Notes under the pieces: generated by a model
Seen by the model: only the letters and a program-made list of their open reading frames with translations
The model's database searches: none
Told to the model about the DNA's origin: nothing
Position numbers and translations under genes: made by a program
Part shown: positions 1 to 10,381 of the stretch, piece after piece
How the letters are laid out: every line of letters starts with the position of its first letter
Numbering within the stretch: position 1 is the stretch's first letter
IMG/VR virus record: IMGVR_UViG_3300012012_002042
Length of the DNA: 64,000 bases
DNA from: an uncultured virus (IMG/VR IMGVR_UViG_3300012012_002042)
Lineage: Duplodnaviria > Heunggongvirae > Uroviricota > Caudoviricetes
Direction: 5' to 3' (one strand)

Positions 1-25
1 TTGGACACAATATCCCGTCTGTGAA

Positions 26-1546
26 ATGGCTGACCAGAACCAACCCGTCGAATTTCGCGAACCAGCCGTAGCGCTGAACATTGACAGCTTCGATGATTAC
101 GAGCTGTTCGGGATCACTGTGTCTGCCACCATTGACCAAGGACTGTCGATCAGCGCGAGTGTAAGCCCGCCGGAAGCTCCCAATGGTGGTGTGATGGAAG
201 TCGTAGCCCTGCCCATGTTTGAGGCACTGGCGGGAATTCAGGAGGAAAAGTTCAACCAGTTTTTCGCCGTGAAATCCGGAACGGCGACCGTCGATAAACT
301 GGAAATTCCAGCAACGCTGGTGGACACGTCGTTCACCATCATGTCAGAGGGGATGTTCGACATGACCCTGAATCTCGCCTCAATGCAACAGCTCATGATG
401 CAGTTGCAGACGAGTATTTATGCCAGCACCGGCGGACAGGAGAAAGCTGCGTCCGACGGACCTATCACTGGGCCGATTTCTGCTAGAATAAAAGAGGTGT
501 TGGTGCGTTTGATCAAGCACTGGGATGACAAGTTCAAATCCAGCACAGGAGACGCTGTCGAAATGGATGCTTCCACACTTCTGATCCTGAAGAATATCGA
601 CAAGTCGAACCGCCAAGGGAAGCCTACATCTTCCCTGGAGGCTTGGTATGCCTTGCTGGACGCCAGCAATGCCACCACTACCATTGACGAGATCGACAAA
701 GCTGAGGCTGCCAATTGTGCCGGAGTGACGCTGGCAATTTCCGCATTCATCGCCAGCGTTTACTCGCAAGGTTCCGCGAATTTTCTGCAGGTCATGCAAA
801 CGCTCAACACAGCGTTCGGGCTCATCTACGTACCTTCGATGGACAAGAAAAAGCCGTATGGACATCTGCAACGGGTGACGTCGGTCATGCAAACTCCCCT
901 GCGGAAGGTATTGCCGATCAGTTCCATCCGCAGCGCCTTCGCGCCGTCCACACTGCTCCCCGTGACATCCGTGATTGTGACTGGCGATGGCGTGGTGGAG
1001 GAGAAGTCAGGCTCGAATGATTCTGGGCAACCACCGGAGAAAGTGTTCGAGATGTGGCCTCCAGATTCGGACCAGATATTTGGTCAGTCTCTGCGAGAAC
1101 CGCTCCCACCCTGGATGCCCAAATTCAGTGATCTGGCGGCGGCCGGAGATGTTCCCGGCACGGACGCCGTTTTGCCTCTGCAGTCCGGGTCTTATCAGCC
1201 GCTGTTCGATGCCAGGAATGTCGCAATTTCCTCATCCCAGAAGGAGATCAAAAAAATAATCTCCGAGTGGGCTCGCATGAAATACTTGGACGCCTCAATC
1301 GGCGGAGACGCCATGGCCGTGACCATCCCTCTGGATGTGTCGTGGGAGTTGGGGAAGCGATATTCCTTGGAAGGAACGGGATCTGATGATCTGCTGTTTA
1401 CCGGATTTCTATTCTCCATCACGCACACTGTCGTCAAAGGGGAGGACGACAAACGTCAGGTTCGCGGCCAGGCGGAAACGCAGTTGAAATTTACACACGT
1501 TGAAGCCGCAAACTTCGAGCTACCATACGCGCAACCCATTGTCTAA
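26..1546 (+). CDS. putative baseplate hub / tail protein (gp27/gpD-like)
   Basis: C-terminal pattern AVTIPLDVSWELGKRYSL...FTGFLFSITHTV...TQLKFTHV is typical of hub proteins; lies upstream of baseplate genes. Confidence 0.5.
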   Translation: MADQNQPVEFREPAVALNIDSFDDYELFGITVSATIDQGLSISASVSPPEAPNGGVMEVVALPMFEALAGIQEEKFNQFFAVKSGTATVDKLEIPATLVDTSFTIMSEGMFDMTLNLASMQQLMMQLQTSIYASTGGQEKAASDGPITGPISARIKEVLVRLIKHWDDKFKSSTGDAVEMDASTLLILKNIDKSNRQGKPTSSLEAWYALLDASNATTTIDEIDKAEAANCAGVTLAISAFIASVYSQGSANFLQVMQTLNTAFGLIYVPSMDKKKPYGHLQRVTSVMQTPLRKVLPISSIRSAFAPSTLLPVTSVIVTGDGVVEEKSGSNDSGQPPEKVFEMWPPDSDQIFGQSLREPLPPWMPKFSDLAAAGDVPGTDAVLPLQSGSYQPLFDARNVAISSSQKEIKKIISEWARMKYLDASIGGDAMAVTIPLDVSWELGKRYSLEGTGSDDLLFTGFLFSITHTVVKGEDDKRQVRGQAETQLKFTHVEAANFELPYAQPIV

Positions 1547-1554
1547 ACTCACGC

Positions 1555-4500
1555 ATGGATCCTTCTGAAGCAGCCAAACGTCAAGCCGCCCGAGCTGCTG
1601 CTCGCGCCCCCGGCTGTGCCAGCAACATTCCCACAACGCTGCCAGAGTCTCCCATCGTTGATCGTCCTCCTGATGTACGACGCCCGCCCGCTCCGTGTGA
1701 TCCTGCGACGCCTGACGTGCAACAGCCGTTTGTGGTTCCAACAGATCGTCCGAGCGTCCCGCCGCTGCTGAACACTCCGGGAACGATTCAGATCGGGAAT
1801 GATGAGATTGTGCTGACGTGTGCGGACGTCGAGGGAGCCGGGCCGTCGGGCGACTCGGTGACAATATTGCAGAGTATCATCACGCAGGATTTTGTCTGGC
1901 TGGATATTCCGACGCTGACGCCGGAGCAGTTGGATTTTATTTCCCGCGCTGACGTTTCGCAAATTAACACGCGACCTCTGTTGGACGGTTCGCTGGAAGA
2001 TGTGATGAATCTTCTTCACGTCACGCGCGCACAAGCTGAAAGCATCCAAACGGCGGCCGCTGCTATGAAGGCGTCGCTGAATGCCCAAGCCGAGGCCACA
2101 GCGCGCGCGGCCATTGTTTGCGGCTGGTATAATTCGGTCGCACAATCCGCATGTCCCGGAACTGCCCTGGATAATCCTCAGATTGACGACCGGGTCAACA
2201 ATCCGTCGGTCGTGCCGGCCGGATCTATATTCTCGCGAATCAGCGAGGCTGACGCCACGGCAAATGCCCAGACGCTGGCTCTCGGCGCGTTGCGGTGTTT
2301 TTACGGGAATGTCGAGGTGACCGTCACCTGTGCTGATCTCGGCTTCACCGACCCCGTCGCCACCGATGCTGGAGTCTCCCCTGTCGGAATACAGCGGGTC
2401 AGCTCGGTGACAGTTCTCGCAAATACGGTCGTCACGGACAATCAGGCGACCTCTGATCTCATGGCTCGAGATCGGGCCATGTCGCAACTGGTGTGCGCCT
2501 ACCTGAACCCTTTGAAATTGTATTCCTGCGAGGACATCAGCGCGATGGGCACGCTGCTCCAGGCACCAGGATCTGTGCAGAATCAGATCTCCGGGAATCC
2601 AGTGACGGCGGAATTCGGTGTGACTCTTTCTACGAAATCACCAAATGATGCCGAGGCCCAGGCGTTCGATGCAGCCAAAGCTCTGTTGATCTGCGAATGG
2701 GGAAACTCACCGCTGACTTTGACATGCACAGCCCAGACTGTGCCGAATCCGCTGAATCCAGCCGAGTCGGTGACCATGAACCCTTCCACCAAATCACCCG
2801 TGCTCACGGTCACGGTGGAAGCTGCAGCCTACGTCTCGACCATCAGTCAGGCCGATGCAGATTCCATGGCCCTTCTGTTTGCGCGTGCGCAGCTGGATTG
2901 TCTCTACTGCAATTCAATCACACCGCCGACATGCGTTCCGGAAAGCATTTACGCCGGCGTTGCTGATGGCACAATTCCTCTCCCTGTTCCGCTGAGCCTC
3001 GTGACGAGCCTCTGGGCGGATGACGCCACTCTCGGGGCCGCCGCCGGGACATTCTGTGATGCCGACCCAACCATCGCCGCACAGCTCGCGGCCACGGTGC
3101 TCCCGATTCCGATCAGCGCTTTGGCGCCATCAGCTACGCAGTGTCGCTACGGAAATGATCGGTTGAATTACAGCTGCATCAACGGGCAGTTGCCGTCACC
3201 GCCCGATCTGCAAAATTCCGTCACCATCGCCAAGGATACTTACATGGTGTCCCTGGCGGACGTGCCTGCGACTTTCACCGAAGCGCAAGAAGGAGTTCCG
3301 CGCGAGAAGCTGTATGCAAATGCTCTCGCGCTGGTTGATGCCCGTGCGACGCTTAATTGCGCGTGGTGGAATGTGGAGAAAATTGTGACGTGCGAAAGCG
3401 CGTTCAGCAAATTAAACGTGCATCCGACTGCCATCGGCTCCGCGGAACATCCCGTGCTCATCGAGGCGAATTCATTCCCTTCCACGGTCAGCCAGGCCGA
3501 CGCGGACATGCAAGCGCTGTCTGTCGGGATGGCACAACTGGACTGCTTTTACCTCAGCCGGAAAACGACCGTGTTGTGCGGAGCGCGTTCCATCGACGCA
3601 AACATCTCACTGCTCCCGAGCAGCTACAATATGGTTTATGGCTCCGGAGCGTTGGTGCCTTCGGACGGCTCTGGGTTTGGGTCTGCGCTATTGGTCTCCC
3701 CTGACTCCACAGGGTCGCTGGAAAATCCAATTAAGGTGGAGGAAGCGGAGCACGCCAGCACGCAGAGCCAATTGCATGCAGACACGTTGGCATTTCAGGA
3801 AGCGATCCGACACCTTGATTGTTTCTGGTACAATTTCAGTGTCACACTGCGCTGCGGAGCCGCAAGCTCCCTGGGCTGGGCCCTCTGGATGAATCTGTTG
3901 CCGGACAGCGCTTACATTTGGGACGGAAATGGATTTTTGGGTGGCGGATTTGTCACACCAGCCATTGGAAGTGCCGAGCAACCAGCCTTGATCGAGGGGA
4001 AGACCTACAAGAGCAAAATCAGCAGATACGACGCATGCGTGAGGGCCTACAATACCGCCTATTCAATGCTCACGTGCTGCTGGGGAAACCAAATAACGGA
4101 CAGGGTGTGCGGACAGGTGGAAGGCGGTCCGATTCCGGATGAGGACGTAGTATCCACACCCTCTGCGTTTGCGCATCTGAAAGCGCATCTCGATCAATAC
4201 ACTGTGCCGTCCTGCGTCAGTCAGGGAGCGGCCAATATTTCTGCGTGGGACTTGCTGGGCGCGATGCTAGTTTGCTCTTACACGAATAAGGCAGTTGGAG
4301 CAGGGAACGGCGGCGATGCCAAATGCGCCGCGCAGAACTGTGAGACAGAGGGGCCTACGGACATGCCGGAGGGATTGTTTCACAGCCCGCTCTCGTCTGC
4401 ATTCGCGGATGTGGAGGCGAAACTGTTTCTGAGCTCCCTGCAGGAATGCAAGTGCACGACTAATCCATACGTCCTGGGATCGGGCAAATTCGCATGCAAT

Positions 4501-5607
4501 GACGCCCGCCTCGTCGGCCCCTACGGTGGTGTTGCGGACAAACCAGATCCAGACCGCGATCTGACAAGACCGATGTTGGACGAATGGTGGGAGGAGCGCG
4601 CCAAAGATGGCAACCTGCTCGACGTGAACGGCGCTGTCACACAGGGGTGGACAGGAGATTTGGTTCGCATCCACAGAAAACCGATCGATGGCGGCAAAAC
4701 CGAGATTTACATATTCAGACGCACCCTGACCAAAGACAACACCGGGCGGGATTTAATTGTGGGGCAGGAAGAGGAACCGGAAAAATTCACCGAGAGTTCG
4801 GCGCAAGGGAGCGCCGCCGGATTCAACGTGGACGCAGGTCTCCCTTCTGGCTCTCCGTATGTGACTGTCTCCCCGTCCACTTTGTTTGGGGATTTTCCCG
4901 CGGGAATGAATGCAACCACTCCCGTGAGTTTGCATGTTTCCACTGGTGATAAAATCTATGCGGCGGTGAAATGGGATGGGAGGGTGTTGGCTAACGGGAG
5001 CACCACCGGCACCTTCACCGACCGCGCGATTGGAAAAGCAGCGACCACGCCGACGAACGATCCGCTCAACGGGCTTTACTATTTCGAACTCGCCTCAATC
5101 ACGGGGATGACGTCGTATCCCGACGGTAGTATGGCTCCCGTAATAAATCAGACGTTGTGGGGACCGATTGACAAGCTGCCTGGGACTGCGGTGAACCCGT
5201 ATCTGATGCCGCCGTCGCCAGGCACGCAAACCGTCGCCCAATCATACTACTGGGATTTGACGGAGGCTGGTAAGGGCAAGGACGCCGATAATGCTATCCT
5301 CTCGCCGACCTACGATTCAATCAAGTTGTACAAATCTGGCTTTGTCCGATTCGTGAATGACGCTGGCAATTTGAAGGCGTTCGTGAGTCCAGTAACGATT
5401 AATTCCACAGGACAGACCGTGGCTGCGGGCCCAGAAGAACTCGTCGTGGAGCACGAGCAGATCGACGTGCTCGTTGGAATGCGGCTTTACGACGGGCATT
5501 TGGAGGGGCAATATAGGAAGGTGTGGGTGTTGAAAGATGATGCTGGTGATACTGAGTGGTTGCCTCTGCTCCCGACGCGGCCCAGCTCCCCAGTAACCTG
5601 TATGTAA
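1555..5607 (+). CDS. large Cys-rich repeat protein (DUF5977-like repeats), probable tail fibre/structural adhesin
   Basis: About 11 repeats of the form C-x-[WY]-x-N...C...V-x-A...S-x-x-SQADA...L (e.g. AAAYVSTISQADADSMAL, ANSFPSTVSQADADMQAL); tail gene context. Confidence 0.6.
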   Translation: MDPSEAAKRQAARAAARAPGCASNIPTTLPESPIVDRPPDVRRPPAPCDPATPDVQQPFVVPTDRPSVPPLLNTPGTIQIGNDEIVLTCADVEGAGPSGDSVTILQSIITQDFVWLDIPTLTPEQLDFISRADVSQINTRPLLDGSLEDVMNLLHVTRAQAESIQTAAAAMKASLNAQAEATARAAIVCGWYNSVAQSACPGTALDNPQIDDRVNNPSVVPAGSIFSRISEADATANAQTLALGALRCFYGNVEVTVTCADLGFTDPVATDAGVSPVGIQRVSSVTVLANTVVTDNQATSDLMARDRAMSQLVCAYLNPLKLYSCEDISAMGTLLQAPGSVQNQISGNPVTAEFGVTLSTKSPNDAEAQAFDAAKALLICEWGNSPLTLTCTAQTVPNPLNPAESVTMNPSTKSPVLTVTVEAAAYVSTISQADADSMALLFARAQLDCLYCNSITPPTCVPESIYAGVADGTIPLPVPLSLVTSLWADDATLGAAAGTFCDADPTIAAQLAATVLPIPISALAPSATQCRYGNDRLNYSCINGQLPSPPDLQNSVTIAKDTYMVSLADVPATFTEAQEGVPREKLYANALALVDARATLNCAWWNVEKIVTCESAFSKLNVHPTAIGSAEHPVLIEANSFPSTVSQADADMQALSVGMAQLDCFYLSRKTTVLCGARSIDANISLLPSSYNMVYGSGALVPSDGSGFGSALLVSPDSTGSLENPIKVEEAEHASTQSQLHADTLAFQEAIRHLDCFWYNFSVTLRCGAASSLGWALWMNLLPDSAYIWDGNGFLGGGFVTPAIGSAEQPALIEGKTYKSKISRYDACVRAYNTAYSMLTCCWGNQITDRVCGQVEGGPIPDEDVVSTPSAFAHLKAHLDQYTVPSCVSQGAANISAWDLLGAMLVCSYTNKAVGAGNGGDAKCAAQNCETEGPTDMPEGLFHSPLSSAFADVEAKLFLSSLQECKCTTNPYVLGSGKFACNDARLVGPYGGVADKPDPDRDLTRPMLDEWWEERAKDGNLLDVNGAVTQGWTGDLVRIHRKPIDGGKTEIYIFRRTLTKDNTGRDLIVGQEEEPEKFTESSAQGSAAGFNVDAGLPSGSPYVTVSPSTLFGDFPAGMNATTPVSLHVSTGDKIYAAVKWDGRVLANGSTTGTFTDRAIGKAATTPTNDPLNGLYYFELASITGMTSYPDGSMAPVINQTLWGPIDKLPGTAVNPYLMPPSPGTQTVAQSYYWDLTEAGKGKDADNAILSPTYDSIKLYKSGFVRFVNDAGNLKAFVSPVTINSTGQTVAAGPEELVVEHEQIDVLVGMRLYDGHLEGQYRKVWVLKDDAGDTEWLPLLPTRPSSPVTCM

Positions 5608-5610
5608 TAC

Positions 5611-6180
5611 ATGTCCGCGACTCTCCTAGTGAATTGCGAAAACGACGGGCTACTGACGGACTGCTCCGGCAGCAGTCTTCTGACGGATTGTGGAGGCGTG
5701 GTGAGGATCAGATACACATGGACTTCCGATCCTTATGAGCCCGGCTTCTGGACAGAAACTTCCGGCGGCTCGGTTTACACCAAGCCGAAGGGTGGATTAG
5801 ACCTATTTTCTGAAATCACGTTTTTGGATCGCAGTCTAGGCTGGATTAGTAACGGCCTCGGCCCCCAGTGGTATATGACTTGGTTCGTCAACGAGATACC
5901 GTATGTGGGAGGTTACGAGGAATACACCGTGCGTGTTGACGACGCTCATACGGACGGAATGTGGGCCTCGTCAACCGCGATATACCTTAAAGCGGACTGG
6001 TATTATACTCCTGGAAACTCGCTGACAGTGACCGTTTCTTATCACGGCGTCACGCAGGTAAAAACAATTTCTCCCGGAGAAATCACAACAATTGAAACTT
6101 TTGTCGATGGCCCCTCACAGATCGTGACACCTGTCGGCTACATCACGGTGAATGCTGACGGGACGTTCACCCTCTTTTAG
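5611..6180 (+). CDS. hypothetical beta-rich structural protein
   Basis: 189-aa ORF 3 nt after the fibre gene; rich in Trp, Tyr and Thr. Confidence 0.55.
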   Translation: MSATLLVNCENDGLLTDCSGSSLLTDCGGVVRIRYTWTSDPYEPGFWTETSGGSVYTKPKGGLDLFSEITFLDRSLGWISNGLGPQWYMTWFVNEIPYVGGYEEYTVRVDDAHTDGMWASSTAIYLKADWYYTPGNSLTVTVSYHGVTQVKTISPGEITTIETFVDGPSQIVTPVGYITVNADGTFTLF

Positions 6181-6202
6181 AATCAGAGTTGCGAGTAAAA
6201 CT

Positions 6203-6237
6203 TTGACACGCAAACATTCTTCTGCAATTTCAAGAAT
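6203..6237 (+). promoter_or_regulatory. sigma70-like promoter, likely leaderless transcript
   Basis: TTGACA at 6203, then N16, CAATTT, and ATG 7 nt later (6238). Confidence 0.45.
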
Positions 6238-6939
6238 ATGAACATTTCCGACTGCCTCCACATTCTCGCTTCACTTCTGGCCGTGGTTCTTTCCGGCTGT
6301 TATGTGTCCTCCGCCTGGAATCACACGACGTTGCCGATCATGCTTTTCCGTCCGAAAAATGTTTTCACCAGCGACGAGTGGAAAATCTACGCAACATTGC
6401 GCTGGCCAAAATTCTTCGGCAAATTGTTCACCTGCCCCACATGTCAGATCCCGTGGATCGCCGCCGCACTGACGACAATTGCAGGAATGGTCGACCATCA
6501 ATCCTTCCAGGCGCGTCTGTGGGTATTCGCCTGCGCCATCGGGATTATGAGTCTGATCCTGCGGAATCGGACGGCACCCAAACCACCAAGTCCAGCCAAG
6601 GTGCCGCCGGCTCCGGAACCACCAGATGCTCTGGATAAAATTAGCAAGTTGGATGTCGCGAAAAAATACATGGAGGCTTTCAGCATAAAGGCGAATGCCG
6701 CCGGAAACGTGACGCTGAGTGCAAACACCATTTCGGACAAACTCCGGATCGTCATGCCATTCTTTTCGGAAGCGCCGTGCTGGTTTGACGGGTGCTCTGA
6801 ACTGCGCGCCAACTACCAGAAGGAACTCGAGCCCATGCGGGCAGACCCGAACTGTCCCGAGTGTGCTGAAGGTGACCTGATGCGGAAATACTCTCTGCGT
6901 GTTCACTCGAAACTGTGGCCTGTCGAGAATGCCTCCTGA
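6238..6939 (+). CDS. membrane protein with DUF1360-like CxxC segment and Cys-containing C-terminal domain
   Basis: Hydrophobic helices; GKLFTCPTCQIPWIAA motif; C-terminal CWFDGC...NCPEC. Confidence 0.55.
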   Translation: MNISDCLHILASLLAVVLSGCYVSSAWNHTTLPIMLFRPKNVFTSDEWKIYATLRWPKFFGKLFTCPTCQIPWIAAALTTIAGMVDHQSFQARLWVFACAIGIMSLILRNRTAPKPPSPAKVPPAPEPPDALDKISKLDVAKKYMEAFSIKANAAGNVTLSANTISDKLRIVMPFFSEAPCWFDGCSELRANYQKELEPMRADPNCPECAEGDLMRKYSLRVHSKLWPVENAS

Positions 6940-7114
6940 TTACGATATTCCTGGGCTGCATCAACACCCGGACCTCTGGTTGAAACTGGAAGCCCGCCTC
7001 AAGAGAATTTCCGCCTCGGGGAAATGCTGCACTGGAGAGCGGGAGAAAGCCCTGGCCGAGTTCCATAATGAGGTCACCGCACGCGAGCTTGCCCGAAAGC
7101 GAACAGGCAGCTAG
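6929..7114 (+). CDS. small hypothetical protein
   Basis: ATG at 6929 overlaps the end of the upstream gene; 61 aa. Confidence 0.5.
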   Translation: MPPDYDIPGLHQHPDLWLKLEARLKRISASGKCCTGEREKALAEFHNEVTARELARKRTGS

Positions 7115-7124
7115 ACTCACCCCC

Positions 7125-7877
7125 GTGACTGTCACACCGCCGCCACCCGCCAGCGTCAATTTGCCGCCACCTTACCTGAGCACTTTCCAGCAGTGGAAGG
7201 AGACAGGGGATCCGACGCACCTGCATGCGACGGTCAAACATCTCCAGCCTGCCATCAATGGTGTCCTACGTTCCATGGGCAGTGCGGACGACCCGACCAC
7301 CGCGGTGAAAGCGAAGATCATGGCGACCAAAGCGGTGCGGACCTACGACCCGAATATGGGAGCCGGCATGCCCACTTGGGTCAGCCAGCAATTGCAGCCT
7401 CTCCGGCGATTCCGGCGAATGGAGCGTTCCACGGTGCGGGTGCCGGAGCGTATTCAGCTGGATGCACTGCACATCATGAAGAAGGAGCAGGAGTTTACGG
7501 ACAAGCATCAGCGTGATCCGGATGTCGAGGAGCTGGCGGATTTCGCCAAGATGCCGGTCAAAAGAATTTCCGAGGTTCGACATCGGTTCCGGAAAGTCGT
7601 GAGTCAAACGGCGATCGGGGATGCGGCCACGCAATTTTCCAATCAACAGCCAACGGATTTTTCCGACGAAGCTCTCGGCTACGTTTACAGCGATGCTGAT
7701 CGGGTGGACAGGGCGATCATCGAAATGAAGACGGGATATGGCGGCAAGCACGAGCCGATGGAACCGAATGTGATCGCGCAGAAACTGGGGCTGTCTCCGG
7801 TGCAGCTCTCCCGCCGCTCAGCCCGAATGGCGGTAAAGATAGACAACATCCGGGACGCCCTCTCACGCACAGCATGA
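7125..7877 (+). CDS. RNA polymerase sigma-70 family factor (regions 2-4)
   Basis: KAVRTYDPNMGAGMPTWV (region 2), STVRVPER, RDPDVEELADF (region 3), C-terminal HTH NVIAQKLGLSPVQLSR (region 4); start GTG 7125 or ATG 7068. Confidence 0.85.
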   Translation: MTVTPPPPASVNLPPPYLSTFQQWKETGDPTHLHATVKHLQPAINGVLRSMGSADDPTTAVKAKIMATKAVRTYDPNMGAGMPTWVSQQLQPLRRFRRMERSTVRVPERIQLDALHIMKKEQEFTDKHQRDPDVEELADFAKMPVKRISEVRHRFRKVVSQTAIGDAATQFSNQQPTDFSDEALGYVYSDADRVDRAIIEMKTGYGGKHEPMEPNVIAQKLGLSPVQLSRRSARMAVKIDNIRDALSRTA

Positions 7878-8221
7878 ATCTCGACACCAAAGATCTGACG
7901 AGGAGCGAGCGTGACGAATCCGTGCGCAGCATTGCGAACTTTCTGACGCAGCAGAAATCACAGGCTGGAGTCTACGATGAATTCGCTTCGCTGAGCATGG
8001 TCGAACTGGACAAAGCCATCGAGGACAAAAACACGGAGGCCAGGACAGCCTCATCCGATGCCCGCTATTCCGCACTGAATCATCTCTCGTTCCTGGTGGC
8101 CCGCCGGCGCGATCTGAAATACGCCCTGGCTTCACGCAGTCAGCTGGAGGCTCATGCCATGAACCAAGCCATGCTGCGCAATTATTTCGCAGCGCGTTCC
8201 AACATCCTCTTCCCGTCGTAA
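7874..8221 (+). CDS. hypothetical protein
   Basis: ATGA overlap with the sigma gene; 115 aa. Confidence 0.6.
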   Translation: MNLDTKDLTRSERDESVRSIANFLTQQKSQAGVYDEFASLSMVELDKAIEDKNTEARTASSDARYSALNHLSFLVARRRDLKYALASRSQLEAHAMNQAMLRNYFAARSNILFPS

Positions 8222-8222
8222 T

Positions 8223-8630
8223 ATGGCTCTCAAGGGATTGAAAATTCAAATCAACTCGAATGGTGTCGGCGCCATTCTCGCGGAAAGCGTTGAAGGCATC
8301 GGGTGCAATCACCAGAACGCGCTGGTGATCATCACGACAATGGAGGGGTCGGACCAAGCATTTCCGAAGAAGGGTACCGAACTCCTGATGCAGGGATTGC
8401 AGAATGCGATATTCGACAATGCCAGCGCTCAGCATTCGGCGAACTTTGCTGCGCTGAGCGCTGTGTCATTTTGTCGGAAGACGACTTCTCCGTTGCACCG
8501 CGACATCGGGATCAGTGGAATCCGATTGATCCCTCGCGTAATCAGGGTGCAATATTTACAGTTCCAAGCCATAATGACCTTCGCGAATGGTGAGAAGATC
8601 ACTTCCGCTCACAACGTAACCTCGACATGA
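8223..8630 (+). CDS. putative baseplate wedge protein (gp25/gpW-like)
   Basis: 135 aa with GSDQAFPKKGTEL motif, directly before a baseplate J-like gene. Confidence 0.55.
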   Translation: MALKGLKIQINSNGVGAILAESVEGIGCNHQNALVIITTMEGSDQAFPKKGTELLMQGLQNAIFDNASAQHSANFAALSAVSFCRKTTSPLHRDIGISGIRLIPRVIRVQYLQFQAIMTFANGEKITSAHNVTST

Positions 8631-10381
8631 CCTCCATCTGGAATCCCGATTTTGTTGCCTCGTATTTTCCCTCGCTGAAGGACATCTCTCCTGAGGTCGT
8701 TCAGTCCGCCCGCAATCGGATGGAATCGTGGCTGCGTGCCGGCTGGCCTGATGAGGACATGCAACCTGGCAGTGTTGTCGGTGATCGTGTGCTGACCCCA
8801 TTCGCATTCCTCATGGCCGGGCTCGAGGTAGCGGCCGGACGTCTAATGTCTGATTTGGACACGAGTCAGATTGCACAAAATATCATCTTCAACTGCGACT
8901 TTGTGTCGGCGTTCCTGCAGAATTTCGCGGTCCAGGATTCCGCGGTATTGCAAAGCTCCGGGATGCTTCAGCTGGTTCTCTCCGACGATGCAGCCATCCA
9001 GTTGGATCGCAGCCTGCAATTCCAACTCGACGGCAACTCCTTCAGCATGGATCTGCCATACTCAGGCCCAATGAACCTCGTTCCCGTGGGCGGCGTGGCC
9101 TTGCCAGGCCAGAACTTCGTGATCTTCACCGATCTCGGGAACTCTCGCTACGCCGCGAATGTCAGGGTGCTCGGCGGCAGCGGCAAGTCTGTGACCGCAA
9201 ACACGACAGCCGCGACGAGCGTGCCAGTTGCCAACCTGCTGGCGGCCACAGCGCTCCATGATTTCTACGCAGGCAGCGCTGTCACGTCGCTCCCAGAGTT
9301 GGCGCGGATGACGCGTCAGACATTTCCGGCGGCCGCACTCACCTCGCGGGCGAGCGCCATCAGCGCCATGACGCGCTTGTTCCCTGGGCTCATAGGTGCG
9401 TATCCCAGCATGACTGGTGACGCCGTCATGCTGCGTGATTCTGTGAATGCCCTCGGGATTGCCAGTCCGCGTGTGGACATGCATGTGCGGTCGCCCTACT
9501 ACGATTATTTGGCGTCCGTCACGGTGAATATTCCGTTTTTCGCCACACAGAACTCGGCGGCGCTGAATCAGTTCATCACGGAACTCGCTCTCCCGGGGAA
9601 CCCGACATTCATCAAGGACGTCACCTCAGTGTCGAATCCTGACGTCGTTCTGATTCCCGGCATCAGCGCCAATGTGTGGTCTGCCAGTCTGAACAACGCC
9701 AGGTGTCCGCTCCTGACCTGCGCCGGCACTGCGGAAGAACAACTATGGCTCACCTTTCCGATGCCGGTCGATGCGGTCACCAGCTCTGATTTGCTGGTAA
9801 CGCAGACCGACGGGGACGGGAACCGGTTCGCTCAATTCGTCATCCGCTATTATTACGACCCAGTGCTGGCGTCTGTTGCCGCACGTCTCGACAGTCCGGA
9901 CTGCAAGCCTGCCAACGCTGAGATTCTCACGCGTCCGTTCATCCCAGTCATCATCAGCAATTTTCAGATCCGCTACACCAAGCTGCCTGGGCAGGTTGTG
10001 GACACGGCCTCCGCGAGTGAAGAGATTTACCAGTATCTGCGCACCCTGACCTCGCCCGAGAAATATTCAGACGCCAAGGTTTCCGACGCGCTGTTCTATC
10101 GTGGGGCACATGGCGTCCGTGGAATAAGTGTGAGCGCGCGTGTCTGGTGGTCTGCCGGTCATTTGCTGATTCCGAACGAAGGCGTCACCCCGGACACGGA
10201 TTACGTCACAGCTCTGGCCAACGCCGCGAATTATCCGGTCCCGGCAGTTTACATCCGCGCCACGTCTGATTTGGAACTGGCCGACTTCGTGGAACTCACG
10301 TCCAAAGCTGCAGCGAAAGCGGCCACCATCTGTTTCGTCATCGACAAGGAGAATATCACTTTCGTGGAGGAACTCCTGTGA
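8627..10381 (+). CDS. baseplate J-like / wedge protein
   Basis: N-terminal WPDEDMQPGSVVGDRVLTP motif; size and position after the gp25-like gene. Confidence 0.65.
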   Translation: MTSIWNPDFVASYFPSLKDISPEVVQSARNRMESWLRAGWPDEDMQPGSVVGDRVLTPFAFLMAGLEVAAGRLMSDLDTSQIAQNIIFNCDFVSAFLQNFAVQDSAVLQSSGMLQLVLSDDAAIQLDRSLQFQLDGNSFSMDLPYSGPMNLVPVGGVALPGQNFVIFTDLGNSRYAANVRVLGGSGKSVTANTTAATSVPVANLLAATALHDFYAGSAVTSLPELARMTRQTFPAAALTSRASAISAMTRLFPGLIGAYPSMTGDAVMLRDSVNALGIASPRVDMHVRSPYYDYLASVTVNIPFFATQNSAALNQFITELALPGNPTFIKDVTSVSNPDVVLIPGISANVWSASLNNARCPLLTCAGTAEEQLWLTFPMPVDAVTSSDLLVTQTDGDGNRFAQFVIRYYYDPVLASVAARLDSPDCKPANAEILTRPFIPVIISNFQIRYTKLPGQVVDTASASEEIYQYLRTLTSPEKYSDAKVSDALFYRGAHGVRGISVSARVWWSAGHLLIPNEGVTPDTDYVTALANAANYPVPAVYIRATSDLELADFVELTSKAAAKAATICFVIDKENITFVEELL

